Source: Euglena gracilis (Eukaryota). From it: a stretch of 64,000 bases of DNA. The notes below the pieces were generated by a model. The model did not search any database and was not told the DNA's origin. It was given only the letters and a program-made list of their open reading frames with translations. The stretch lies in assembly GCA_039621445.1 (NCBI GenBank), contig CP154954.1, positions 26,486,954 to 26,550,953 on the forward strand. The letters run 5' to 3'. The position numbers were made by a program, and so were the translations under genes. Below, piece after piece: positions 1-12,700 of this stretch (position 1 is the first letter of the stretch; every line of letters starts with the position of its first letter).

Positions 1-371
1 CAGCGGGTTGCTGGTGGGGGGTAGGGGGAAAGGGGGGGATTTGGAGGGGCAGGGGGAAGGGGGGGTAGGGGGGGTAGGAGGGATAGGGTTACTGGGTTCG
101 TGCCATGTCTCTGGATACATCTGTCCCGTTCAGTCGTTGAACACAACTGAAACAGATGCTCATTTTCAGCGATCAACAACAGAATACAAACAACTCTCCA
201 ACTGTGTATGTTTATGTGCCTGTGCACTCATGTTCGGGAGTGTTCTGCGGCGTTTCAAAAATGTTCTGCAGTACTTAACGGCATTCAAGCATGATTAGTG
301 GCGGGGCAGGCAAGCTACCAAAAGATTGTCATTGTTGCGAGGAACCAGGAGAGGATGGATCTGTCCTGGGC

Positions 372-743
372 AGCTGAAGGGGTGGCCGTGGGCGTGGCGG
401 ATGGCGTGGCGGATGGCGTGGAGGTGGGCGTTGCCGACGGCGTGACGGTCGGCGTGGCGGATGGTGTGGCCGAGGGCGTGGCGGTCGGGGTTGCCGACGG
501 CGTGACAGTCGGCGTGCCGGACGGTGTGGCGGAGGGGGTGGCCGTGGGAGTGGCGGACGGCGTTGCCGACGGCGTGGCGGTGGGCGTGGCCGATGGTGTG
601 GCAGTGGGCGTACTGGAGGGTGTGGCGGAGGGGGTGGCTGTTGGGGTGGCAGAAGGCGTGGCGGTTGGGGTGCCAGACGGTGTGGCAGATGGGGTGGCTG
701 TCGGAGTGGCCGAGGGCGTGGCAGAGGGTGTGCCGGTGGGGGT
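372..743 (-). CDS. Mucin-like gene exon 23 (372 nt); the next intron runs out of the window
   Basis: GCTCTGCTTCTGacccc|ACC ... TCA GCT|gccCAGGACAGA. Confidence 0.85.
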
Positions 744-3700
744 GGGGTCAGAAGCAGAGCTTCAGGAGTCCAATGCGTTATTTTTCTGGCTCTGAAAAAA
801 ATATTCCGTTCCTTCTCCTCCTCTAACCCTTTCCTTTGGGAAGGTGTCTCTTGGCTTGACAGGATACCAAAACAGGTTCTTTCTAGGAATTTTACAGGAT
901 AAGGGTAGTGATCCACCTGGTCCTCTTCTGGGTAGAGAGCATTTGGTTCCTTTCCACTCGAAAATTACAAAACTATCAGCTTTGAACTCCCCAACAAAAA
1001 CGATGACGAACAAGAGACTTCGCACATGGATTGCACTGACAGAATTGTGTGTTCCCTGATCGCTCTGCCCCCGGATATTCACTGGGATGTCTGCACCAGC
1101 CCCCAACCCACCCCAGAGGCAAAACATTAAAGAGATGGGTGTGTGTGTGCTCCAGTGTGGCAAAAAAAAACTAAACTAGGAGAGGTGGCTCCGTCCTGGG
1201 CGGCTGAAGGAGTGGCCGTGGGCGTGGCAGATGGCGTGGCGGATGGTGTGGCGGTGGGCGTCGCCGACGGCGTGCTAGTGGGCGTTGCTGACGGTGTGGC
1301 CGAGGGCGTGCCTGTTGGGGTTGCCGACGGCGTGACGGTCGGCGTGCCGGTGGGGGTGGATGCAGAAACAGACCCCCGAATAAGCACAACTGGTGACCCA
1401 GTGTGGCGAAGTGTTCTGGGCGGGACAGAGTTCTTTTGGCCACCCAATTTTCTCAGTTGCGTCAAAGTCTTGCTGGACATTTGGCAATGTCAAGCACCTC
1501 GAGGACGTTGCGACCAACTCCCCTGCCCTTGGCAACCGGTACAACCATGAAGCTTGGAATGAGGCCCCGTTCAGCCCCGTCTTCGCCCCCAAAGCATTCC
1601 CTGCGAAAGGGAAACCCAGGTGAGTCAGACGAAATCTCAACTGAGGGGCGGAATGGGGGTGGGGGTGGGAGAGGTTAGGGGAAGGGAGGGTCAAAATGCA
1701 AAAAGAAGTGTTGCACTTTGAAGGTATGCAGATTTCTTTAAGGAGTCCCCAGCCCGGCCAGGGTGCTGCCTCATCGCAGGGGGGGGGGTCTTGCCCTCAG
1801 TGCCTTGCTGACTTGGAACACCTCGTTGGGTTCGCCGAAAGCCACCTTCACAAGAAGTCCACAGGGAGTGAAACATAACCTAACTATAAAATGAGAATAC
1901 CCCCCCCGGGGGGGGCACCTGACAGGTTGGCCAGTACCGGAGACCCTGACAACTTCCAATCATGACAGGTTGGCCAGTACCAAGAACCCTGGCAGTTTCC
2001 CGGGTTGGAGATTTGAAGAGAAAGAGAAAGTTAATGAAAATGACCCTTGCAGGTTGGCTGGTACCTGGGGCATGACAGTTTCCCGGGGGGGGGGGGGGGG
2101 AGAACGGGAAGGCTTGGTGGGTGGGGGTCGACCCCCACTCACCACAGCATTTTCACCAGTTTTGGGAAAATGGGGACGTTGCCGGGGCGATTTTAATTTT
2201 TTTGAAAAAATGAACCCAAAATGCATTATTTTTTGATGGAAACCCACATTTTTTCCGCAAAAAAAATCTCAAAAATTTCAGGTTTAAAAATTGGTACTTT
2301 GGGGGGGGGGTGAAAAAAAAAACGAAGGTAAAAAAAATTGTACCAAATTTTGGCACAGTCAAATCTTACTGACATTTTTCTCGTTGAAATTTTTTGGACT
2401 TTCAATTGCATTTTTTTCTTCAAAAACCTCTCAAAATCAAAATTTTGAGAAAATGTTGAAATTTTGGAAGGCTGAAAAAATGGTTTTAGGGGGGTGTTGG
2501 GGGGGACCCCCCGTATGGGTCCCAAAATGGGTGAAAAAACCCCTGGCGCCGAAGGCGGTGGGAAATTTTTTTTCGGGTCCAAAAATTGGTGCTCCCGGAA
2601 ATACGGGAAGAGGTGGCGGGGGGGTCGACCCCCCCACCACCTGGCAGTTCGGCCGATTCCCGTTCTGCTCTGCAGAGAGGGGGGTTAGGTTTAACAGGAG
2701 AGACATGGACACAAACTGGGAACCTGCCTTGACAGTCCAAACCCTCCCCATCCAAAAAAAAATGCACATCGGGGGTGGGGGATGTGACATAGCAGTGGGG
2801 TTCCGTCCTGGGCAGCTGAAGGGGTGGCCGTGGGCGTGGCAGATGGCGTGGCGGATGGCGTGGCAGTTGGGGTCGCCGACGGCGTGCTGGTGGGCGTGGC
2901 AGACGGTGTGGCCGAGGGCGTGCCTGTTGGGGTTGCGGAGGGAGTGGTGGTGGGAGTGCCGGAGGGCGTCGCGGACGGCGTGGCGGTCGGGGTTGCCGAC
3001 GGCGTGGCCGACGGCGTGCCGGTGGGGGTGGCAGACTTGGGCGGCGCAAACCGCCGCCAGCGACCTCACCTGCCGTACCAGCTCACTGCCTTTCCCTCCG
3101 AGGAACTAATATCACCGGGAAACTGGACTCTCATACATTTTCCTGCCGCTGGAGACAACTAGGGGACCTGCTTACGGTGGGAGGTCAACTCCCCCGGGGC
3201 CAGATGCCAAAAACGGACGTGCGAACGCCTTTCTGTGAAAGGGTTTTGGAGGCAAACTCCTCCGCGGGGGATTGACCCTGCGACCTAGGGAGCGGACACT
3301 TCCGAGGTGGGTGGACGTATCTCCCTCTGCGCTTCCGTCTCTGCAGACTGTGTGGACAGTACTAAATGGCAATGACGTCGTGATGGTAATTGTGGTGGTG
3401 GTGATTATTGTGGGCAGGAATCTTTGAGGGAAAGCGATAGGCGTGGGGGGTCATCCCGGAGGATACTTCAATGCCCAAGGTTCAAAATGCCAGAGTCAGG
3501 CTAGGGTTAGGGTTGGGGGGGGGGGAGTGGGTCAATTCAGACAAAAAGACTTGGGACATCCTCACAATTTACAGTTAATCCCAAAAAAAATCAGTGGCTG
3601 GACCCATCAAAGGGGAGGGTTAGACCAGGCAGAATCCTAAAACAAAACCGCAAAAGGCAACTGGGGGAAGATTTTTTCCAGCACTTGCAGCAGGGGAAAA

Positions 3701-6700
3701 TGAAGGAAAGCCCATTGCCCCAAAAACCACATTACTTATATTTTTTCACAAATTTTCGCAAGTTTCTGCCTGTGTTTCTGCATTTCATTCCAAGGAAATA
3801 TCACCTCACCACAAGGTGCCAAAACCAGGCTTATGATACAAGAAGTTGACGGCTTCCCCCAATTTGTGTCCTCTCGCAAACCAGACAATAATTCCAGCAA
3901 TCTCAAGGAGGACCGGTCCCTTTTATTTTCAAAAGGTTTTGATTTAAAAAGAAAGAAAGCAAGAATTGGGAAAAATTACTCTGGCGGTTCTGTCCCAGGC
4001 CTTGTGTCTGCTACCCCAAACACAACCAAAAAAAAGCTGTTGGTAGTTTGCAACGCCCGAAACAGATGGCGTGGCAGTTGGGGTCCCACTTGGCGTGGCG
4101 GACGGTGTGCCGGTGGGCGTCGCCGACGGTGTGCTGGTGGGGGTGCCAGACGGCGTCGCGGAGGGCGTGCCTGTCGGAGTGGCCGAGGGCGTCGTTGTTG
4201 GTGTGCCGGAGGGCGTCGCGGACGGGGTGGCGGTGGGCGTGGCGGACGGTGTGGCGGAAGGCGTGCCGGTGGGCGTGGCGGATGGGGTGGTGGTGGGCGT
4301 GCCGGAAGGGGTGGCGGTTGGAGTGGAGGTTGGGGTGGTGGATGGGGTGGTGGTGGGGGTGCCGGACGGCGTGGCGGAGGGTGTGCCGGTTGGCGTCGCG
4401 GACGGTGTGGCGGAGGGCGTGCCAGTTGGGGTGGGGGCAGAAGCAGAGCTCTGAATGGAAATGGGTCCAAAACGCTTCAGATGATGAAAAAAAGCTCTCT
4501 CTGTTACCCCAAGGTACCAAGGCACGAAGAAAGTGGCAGAATCTTCCGCTCTCCAAATGCCCCACACATATGTCCTTTTGGCCATCTTCCAGCCCCAGCT
4601 CTCGGAGGTTTTAAGATGGTGTGACTTGAAAAGAACTCCAGGGAGGGTGAGAAATGATACAATCGTCACCAGGGAATACACGTCCCAAACATATGGCCCG
4701 TGAATATATGTGTATGTGTGTATGTGTGAATATACATAAACAGCAAAGTTGCGAAACACGCTGTGGGTTGAGTTGCATTTGTGGCAGCCTTAAACTCCTG
4801 CCCTTGGGGGGGGGGTCTCCAGTAAGTGAACGATCGGGGGGATTAGACCACCTGGCGTTTTTCACAACAGGGACCTTTGCTTTTACTTCCCCAAACAAAT
4901 GTGTGATACAGCATCCCTGCTCCTTAGGGTTTTGGTTAATTGTGAGGGATAGGATCATGTTTAGGGTTTGGACTGGGGTTTGGGCTAGAATTTAGGCCGG
5001 TGGGCCCAGATGTAGGCCAGTATTAGGCTTAACTTAATCCAAATTTTGGCCCAGTTTCGGCAGAACCCCCTAACCTCCCAACTTTGGCTGAACCCTAACC
5101 TGCATCGCTCTTAAAAGAAACCACAACCATGATCCTTTGCCTAAAAATACAGAATTCCTCAAAATATGCCGACGTTAGACAATGGACCCCCCCCCACATT
5201 AAACCACAGGGACCCCAGGGGTTTAGAACTCCCAGTTGCACATAGGGTTCTGGCCAGAAGGGTGACCAACCAACCAGGGGGTCGGTTGTTGGACCAGGGG
5301 TCTAGAAAAAAAATGTCGGAGGGCACCCAGGACCCCCAAATAAGGTCAAATTTTCCTTCCGCGCTTTGCGCTGAAAATATTGGACAATTTGATAATTTTG
5401 CTCTATACAATCGTCCCCAGGGAGTACACATCCCAAACATACGGCCTGTGAATATGTGTGTGAATATATATAACATATAATACTATATATAACATATAAT
5501 ACTAAATATAAACAGCGAAGAAACGAAACACGCCGTGGGTTGAGTTGCATGTGGGGGGTCTAAAAGGGTCTAAAAAAAAAGGGTGGAAGGGAACCCGGGA
5601 CCCAAATAAGGTCAATCTTTTCTTTACGCCCTGTGCTTTGCGCCAAAAATTTGGGAAATTTGGTATTGTTTTGCTCAAAAAAAAGTACCAAAATTGGCAT
5701 TTGGCCGATTTTTGGTCGATTTTGGGTACAAAATTTTTCGGTCCGGCGCTCAGCGCCAGGCCAAACCTCTGAAAAAAGTGTCATTCAACCGGGGGGGGGG
5801 GGTCGTTCGACATTGGGGGGTTGTTGGACATAGAGGGGGGAGGAGGGTAGTTTAAGGGTGCCGCTTATGTGTGGGGGTTTCCCAAAGCCTGACTGGTCGG
5901 CCCACCAAACAACCAAAATGATTATTCAACTTGCCATCTGCCCGAAGGGAAAAAGGCAGGCTTAAAACCAAGGGAAGTAAGTTGAGTGATTTCCCCAAAG
6001 AGGGAATTGGCAGGGAGCAGGGAGGGAATTGATATGAAAGGTCTTCGGAAGAACTGTGGGAAAATTGTGGAAAAACTGCGGGAGTTGCAGGTTTGGGGGT
6101 TGGCACACTTCCTCTGGAAGGGACTTCAAAAAATTGCACAAATTTGGCCATTTTGCAACATAGATGTAAATTTTGAGCCGTTATTCACATTCTTTCCAAC
6201 AAAAAGGTCCAAGAAAATGAGTTTTTGTAATTTTGGGAACATGCTGATTCTGGAAATATGGAATTCCTTGGATGAAGCATCCAAAAATGGCAAAAAAAAT
6301 GACAAAAACTTTGTTATCAGGTAGACTATGGTCAGGATGAAAAATTTTCTCAGTCCGAAATTATTTCCCAGCAGAACTCGGGGAAAACACTACAAACAGG
6401 CCAAAAATTTGCCAAAATTTGTTCAAAATTTGCAAATTTTGGCAAATTTTGGCAAGCATGCAACAAAATAAACACTCCCCCCAATAGCACCCCCCCAACC
6501 CCCCCTCGGGGTCCGATTTCGGGGACCGAATTAATACCCCCCCCCCCAATTTCGGGCCAACGACCCAAGAATCACAATCTCTGACAACAAATTACGAAAA
6601 AAAAATATTTTTCTGGATCGTCTGGCCGCCAAAAATGCCAAATTTCATGAAAAAGTGAAGAAAAAAAATACCCCAAAGGGGGTTTTGGGTACTATTTTGG

Positions 6701-9700
6701 GTCCTGCGGGGCTTCAAAGATTTGGAAAATTTTGGGGTGCCATTACCCCCCAAATAACACCCCCCCCTCGGGCCGGGACTTCGAGCGAAAAAAAAATAAT
6801 ACCCGGGGGGGGTATTATTTGAGGGAGGTAAGCAAAAAAAGCACCTGGATGCCCTTATGAAACGTTCGAGAAGTGACCGGAACTCATTTTACCTTTGCAT
6901 TTCAGGTTCAGTCGAAGAAAACTGCAGAAAGGGGGGAAAATGCGGGGAAATTGCAGAAAATTTGTGGAAATTGCGGGGAAATTGCGGAAATCGCGCAAAT
7001 TGCGGAAAATTGCAGAAATTGTGGGAAATTTGCGGATATCAATCCGCCGAGCGGGGGAGGATACGACACAGCAATGGGGCTCCGTCCTGGGCAGCTGAAG
7101 GGGTGGCAGTTGGGGTCCCACTTGGCGTGGCGGACGGTGTGCCGGTGGGCGTCGCCGACGGTGTGCTGGTGGGGGTGCCAGACGGCGTCGCGGAGGGCGT
7201 GCCTGTCGGAGTGGCCGAGGGCGTCGTTGTTGGTGTGCCGGAGGGCGTCACGGACGGGGTGGCGGTGGGCGTGGCGGACGGTGTGGCGGAAGGCGTGCCG
7301 GTGGGCGTGGCGGATGGGGTGGTGGTGGGCGTGCCGGAAGGGGTGGCGGTTGGAGTGGCGGTTGGGGTGGCGGATGGGGTGGTGGTGGGGGTGCCGGACG
7401 GCGTGGCGGAGGGTGTGCCGGTTGGCGTCGTGGACGGTGTGGCGGAGGGCGTGCCAGTTGGGGTGGGGGCAGAAGCAGAGCTCTGAATGGAAATGGGTTC
7501 CAGAAGATCATGAAAGGAAGCTGAGATAAGAATGTCCTCCAAACGAATATCTCCCCCCTTGTCTGCAATGTGGCTATTGGTTTGACGCCTGTTATCCCTT
7601 ATTCTGGCCTGGCGCTGCTTTTCGCCTCTGGCCCTTTTTGTCTGTGTGCGTGGAGGTGGCCGGAGCCTGGCGGGACTGACTTCCTTTACGACGCTGTCCA
7701 CCATGTCCACCAAGTGGCTGCCAGGCACATACTCCACTTTAGTTGGGTGGGGGGTCTTCTTCACCGTGACTACGCTCTGGTAACTCCAGTCCATGACCCC
7801 AGCAGGTGTGGTTCGGACGAGTCCCCTGAGTTGGGAAGGAACTTGTGGGTGGGTCTGTCCTAGGCCCGAAGGCACCTCATGGGGCAGCCCTGTCCCGCGA
7901 GTACACCCACTTGGAATCTGGTCAAGAACCCCCCTCCTGGGGACAAAGGCAAACCTAATTTCACCTACCCCCCCCCCCCCGGAAGCTGTCACCTGAGAGG
8001 TCGGTACGAGACCAGAACAGGGCGTCGCTAAACCATCCAGGGGGGTCCAGCTGAGAGGCTGGAACATATGGGCTGGTTGGGAAAAGGCTGCTAGCTGACC
8101 CCCCCCCCCCACAGGGCTGAAACGAGCCCCGACCCGGGGACGACGACATGGGTGGCAAAAATCGAAACTGCAAAAATGTCCCCCAAAAACAGCCAATTAA
8201 GCAAGAAGTCGATTGTTTGACCGAAAATTATCCTGGCCCGCCCATTTCCGACCCATCTCCTCCCCATTTTTATCCCATTGATTACACCCCAAAAGTAAAA
8301 AAAAAATGGCAGCTGGAAAATAGCTAAAACTCGTCAATGGGGGGGAGGGCGGTTCGACGCTGGAAAAAGCCCCCCCTCCATCCTGGTGGGGGATGGGATG
8401 TCCTCCAGCTAAAGTGATGCATGGCACCGGAAATCCTGACAACTTCCTGCTGTGACAGATTGGCTGGTACCAGGGACCTTGACAATTTCCCAGATGGGAA
8501 ACTGCCAGGTTCCCTTCAGGCTCACTCTGGGAAAACGTTGAACACAAGCATTTTGAAACACTAAAAAAAAGGCCTTAAACTATGGCAACAGAAATTGTGT
8601 GTTTGGGGTCCTTTTCATGCAGACCTTTGTGTTGTTGGTCAGACATGTAAATCAGGTGTTCGACGAAGGGGTTGCCATAACTCTTTTTTAGCAGTGGGCA
8701 AACAATACTCTTTTATTTGATGGATGGATGCAGGATGTGCAATAAGTTATAAAAAGAATGAAACGTAAATGTTGTCACCCGATTATGCGATGTATTTCCG
8801 AGAAGCGAAAAATCGACTCACAAGAATGACGAGGATGTATGAACGCCGAGATGACTGGTGCACTGGTGCAATTCCGCAAAGAAAATTGTGTAAATGACTT
8901 CCAATTCTTTCTCTTCTGAGTCCCCAGAGTTTCATGGGATGGGAATGTTCCCCCTTGTTACCCCAAGGTTCCAAGGCACACAAAAAAAAGTGGCAGAATC
9001 TTCCGCTCTCCAAATGCCCCACACAAATGTCCTTTTGGCCATCTGCCACCCCCAGCGCTCAGAGCTCTTAAGGTGGTGTGACTTGAAAAGAACTGCAGGG
9101 AGGGTAAGAAATGATACAATCCTCCCCAGGGAATACACATCCCAAACATATGGCCTGTGAATATGTGTGTGTGAATATATATAACATAAAAATACTATAT
9201 ATAACATATAATACTAAATATAAACAGCGAAGAAACGAAACACACCGTGGGTTGAGTTGCACGTGGGGGGTCTAAAAGGGTCTAAAAAAAAAGGTTGGAG
9301 GGCACCCGGGACCCAAATAAGGTCAATCTTTTCTTTACGCCCTGTGCTTTGCGCCAAAAATTTGGGCAATTTGATATTGTTTTGCTCAAAAAAAGTACCA
9401 AAATTGGCATTTGGCCGATTTTTGGCCGATTTTGGGTAAAAAATTCTTCGGCCCGGCGCTCAGCACCAGGCCAAACCTCCGAAAAAAGTGTCCTTCGACC
9501 GGGGGGGGGGGTCGTTCGACATTGGGGGGGTTGTTGGACATAGAGGGGGGAGGAGGGTAGTTTAAGGGTGCCACTTATGTTTGGGGGTTTCCCAAAGCCT
9601 GACTGGTCGGCCCACCAAACAACCAAAATGATTATTCAACTTGCCATCTGCCCAAAGGGAAAAAGGCAGGCTTAAAACCAAGGGAAGTAAGTTGAGTGAT

Positions 9701-12700
9701 TTCCCCAACGGAGGAATTGGCATGGAGCAGGGCAGGCTTCTTTTTAAGACCCCCGGGGGGGAGGGGGGGGGGCCCCCCACCCACCCAGGGTGGCGCAGGA
9801 CCCCCCCCCCCGGGGGGGGGGGGGCCAGGGACCCCCCCCAAAATCGGGCCCGTTAAAGGCAATTTTCAAAAATTTTCGGCGCTTTGCGCCGAAAAGGTAT
9901 ACCCAGCGCCTCCGGCGCGGGACCCCCCCCCCCCGGGGGGGGGGGGGGCCGGCCCGGACCCACCCCCCCCCCCCCCCCCCCCCCCCCGGGGGGGGGGGGT
10001 CAGGTGACTTAAAAAGAAGCCTGGAGCAGGGAGGGAATTGATATGAAAGGTCTTCGGAAGAACTGTGGGAAAATTGTGGAAAAACTGCGGGAGTTGCAGG
10101 TTTGGGGGTTGGCACACTTCCTCTGGAAGGGACTTCAAAAAATTGCACAAATTTGGCCATTTTGCAACATAGATGTAAATTTTGAGCCGTTATTCACATT
10201 CTTTCCAACAAAAAGGTCCAAGAAAAGGAATTTTTGTAATTTTGGGAACATGCTGATTCTGGAAATATGGAATTCCTTGGATGAAGCATCCAAAAATGGC
10301 AAAAAAAAATGACAAGAACTTTGTTATCAGGTTGAATATGGTCAGGATTTAAAATTTTCTCAGTCCGAAATTATTTCCCAGCAGAACTCGGGGAAAACAC
10401 TACAAACAGGCCAAAAATTTGCCAAAATTTGTTCAAAATTTGCAAAATTTGGCAAATTTTGGCAAGCATGCAACAAAATAAACACTCCCCCCAACAGCAC
10501 CACCCCCCCAACCCCCCCTCGGGGTCCGATTTCGGGGACCGAATTAATACCCCCCCCCCAATTTCGGGCCAACGACCCAAGAATCACAATCTCTGAAAAC
10601 AAATTACGAAAAAAAATTATTTTTCTGGATCGTCTCGCCGCCAAAAATGCCAAATTTCATGAAAAAGCGAAGAAGAAAAAAAAAGACCCCAAAGGGGGTT
10701 TTGGGTACTATTTTGGGTCCTGCGGGGCTTCAAAGATTTGGAAAATTTTGGGGTGCCATTACCCCCCAAATAATACCCCCCTCGGGCCGGGACTTCGGGC
10801 GAAAAAAAATAATACCCGGGAGGGTATTATTTGAGGGAGGTAAGCAAAAAAAGCACCTGGATGCCCTTATGAAACGTTCGAGAAGTGACCGGAACTCATT
10901 TTACCTTTGCATTTCAGGTTCATGCAAAGAAAACTGCAGAAAGGGGGGAAAATGCGGGGAAATTGCAGAAAATTTGTGGAAATTGCGGGGAAATTGCGGA
11001 AATCGCGCAAATTGCGGAAAATTGCAGAAATTGTGGGAAATTTGCGGATATCAATCCGCCGAGCGGGGGAGGATACGACACAGCAATGGGGCTCCGTCCT
11101 GGGCAGCTGAAGGGGTGGCAGTTGGGGTCCCACTTGGCGTGGCGGACGGTGTGCCGGTGGGCGTCGCCGACGGTGTGCTGGTGGGGGTGCCAGACGGCGT
11201 CGCGGAGGGCGTGCCTGTCGGAGTGGCCGAGGGCGTCGTTGTTGGTGTGCCGGAGGGCGTCACGGACGGGGTGGCGGTGGGCGTGGCGGACGGTGTGGCG
11301 GAAGGCGTGCCGGTGGGCGTGGCGGATGGGGTGGTGGTGGGCGTGCCGGAAGGGGTGGCGGTTGGAGTGGCGGTTGGGGTGGCGGATGGGGTGGTGGTGG
11401 GGGTGCCGGACGGCGTGGCGGAGGGTGTGCCGGTTGGCGTCGCGGACGGTGTGGCGGAGGGCGTGCCAGTTGGGGTGGGGGCAGAAGCAGAGCTCTGAAT
11501 GGAAATGAAGATGATGAAAGGAAGCTGAGATAAGAATGTCCTCCAAACGAATATCTCCCCCCTTGTCTGCAATGTGGCTATTGGTTTGACGCCTGTTATC
11601 CCTTATTCTGGCCTGGCGCTGCTTTTCGCCTCTGGCCCTTTTTGTCTGTGTGCGTGGAGGTGGCCGGAGCCTGGCGGGACTGACTTCGTTTACGACGCTG
11701 TCCACCATGTCCACCAAGTGGCTGCCAGGCACATACTCCACTTTAGTTGGGTGGGGGGTCTTCTTCACCGTGACTACGCTCTGGTAACTCCAGTCCATGA
11801 CCCCAGCAGGTGTGGTTCCCAAGTCAGTGAACGAGTCCCCTGAGTTGGGAAGGAACTTGTGGGTGGGTCTGTCCTAGGCCCGAAGGCACCTCATGGGGCA
11901 GCCCTGTCCCGCGAGTACACCCACTTGGAATCTGGTCAAGAACCCCCCTCCTGGGGACAAAGGCAAACCTAATTTCACCTACCCCCCCCCCGGAAGCTGT
12001 CACCTGAGAGGTCGGTACGAGACCAGAACAGGGCGTCGCTAAACCATCCAGGGGGGTCCAGCTGAGAGGCTGGAACATATGGGCTGGTTGGGAAAAGGCT
12101 GCTAGCTGACCCCCCCCCACAGGGCTGAAACGAGCCCCGACCCGGGGACGACGACATGGGTGGCAAAAATCGAAACTGCAAAAATGTCCCCCAAAAACAG
12201 CCAATTAAGCAAGAAGTCGATTGTTTGACCGAAAATTATCCTGGCCCGCCCATTTCCGACCCATCTCCTCCCCATTTTTATCCCATTGATTACACCCCAA
12301 AAATAAAAAAAATGGCAGCTGGAAAATAGCTAAAACTCGTCAATGGGGGGAGGGCGGTTCGACGCTGGAAAAAGCCCCCCCCTCCATCCTGGTGGGGGAT
12401 GGGATGTCCTCCAGCTAAAGTGATGCATGGCACCGGAAATCCTGACAACTTCCTGCTGTGACAGATTGGCTGGTACCAGGGACCTTGACAATTTCCCAGA
12501 TGGGAAACTGCCAGGTTCCCTTCAGGCTCACTCTGGGAAAACGTTGAACACAAGCATTTTGAAACACTAAAAAAAAGGCCTTAAACTATGGCAACAGAAA
12601 TTGTGTGTTTGGGGTCCTTTTCATGCAGACCTTTGTGTTGTTGGTCAGACATGTAAATCAGGTGTTCGACGAAGGGGTTGCCATAACTCTTTTTTAGCAG

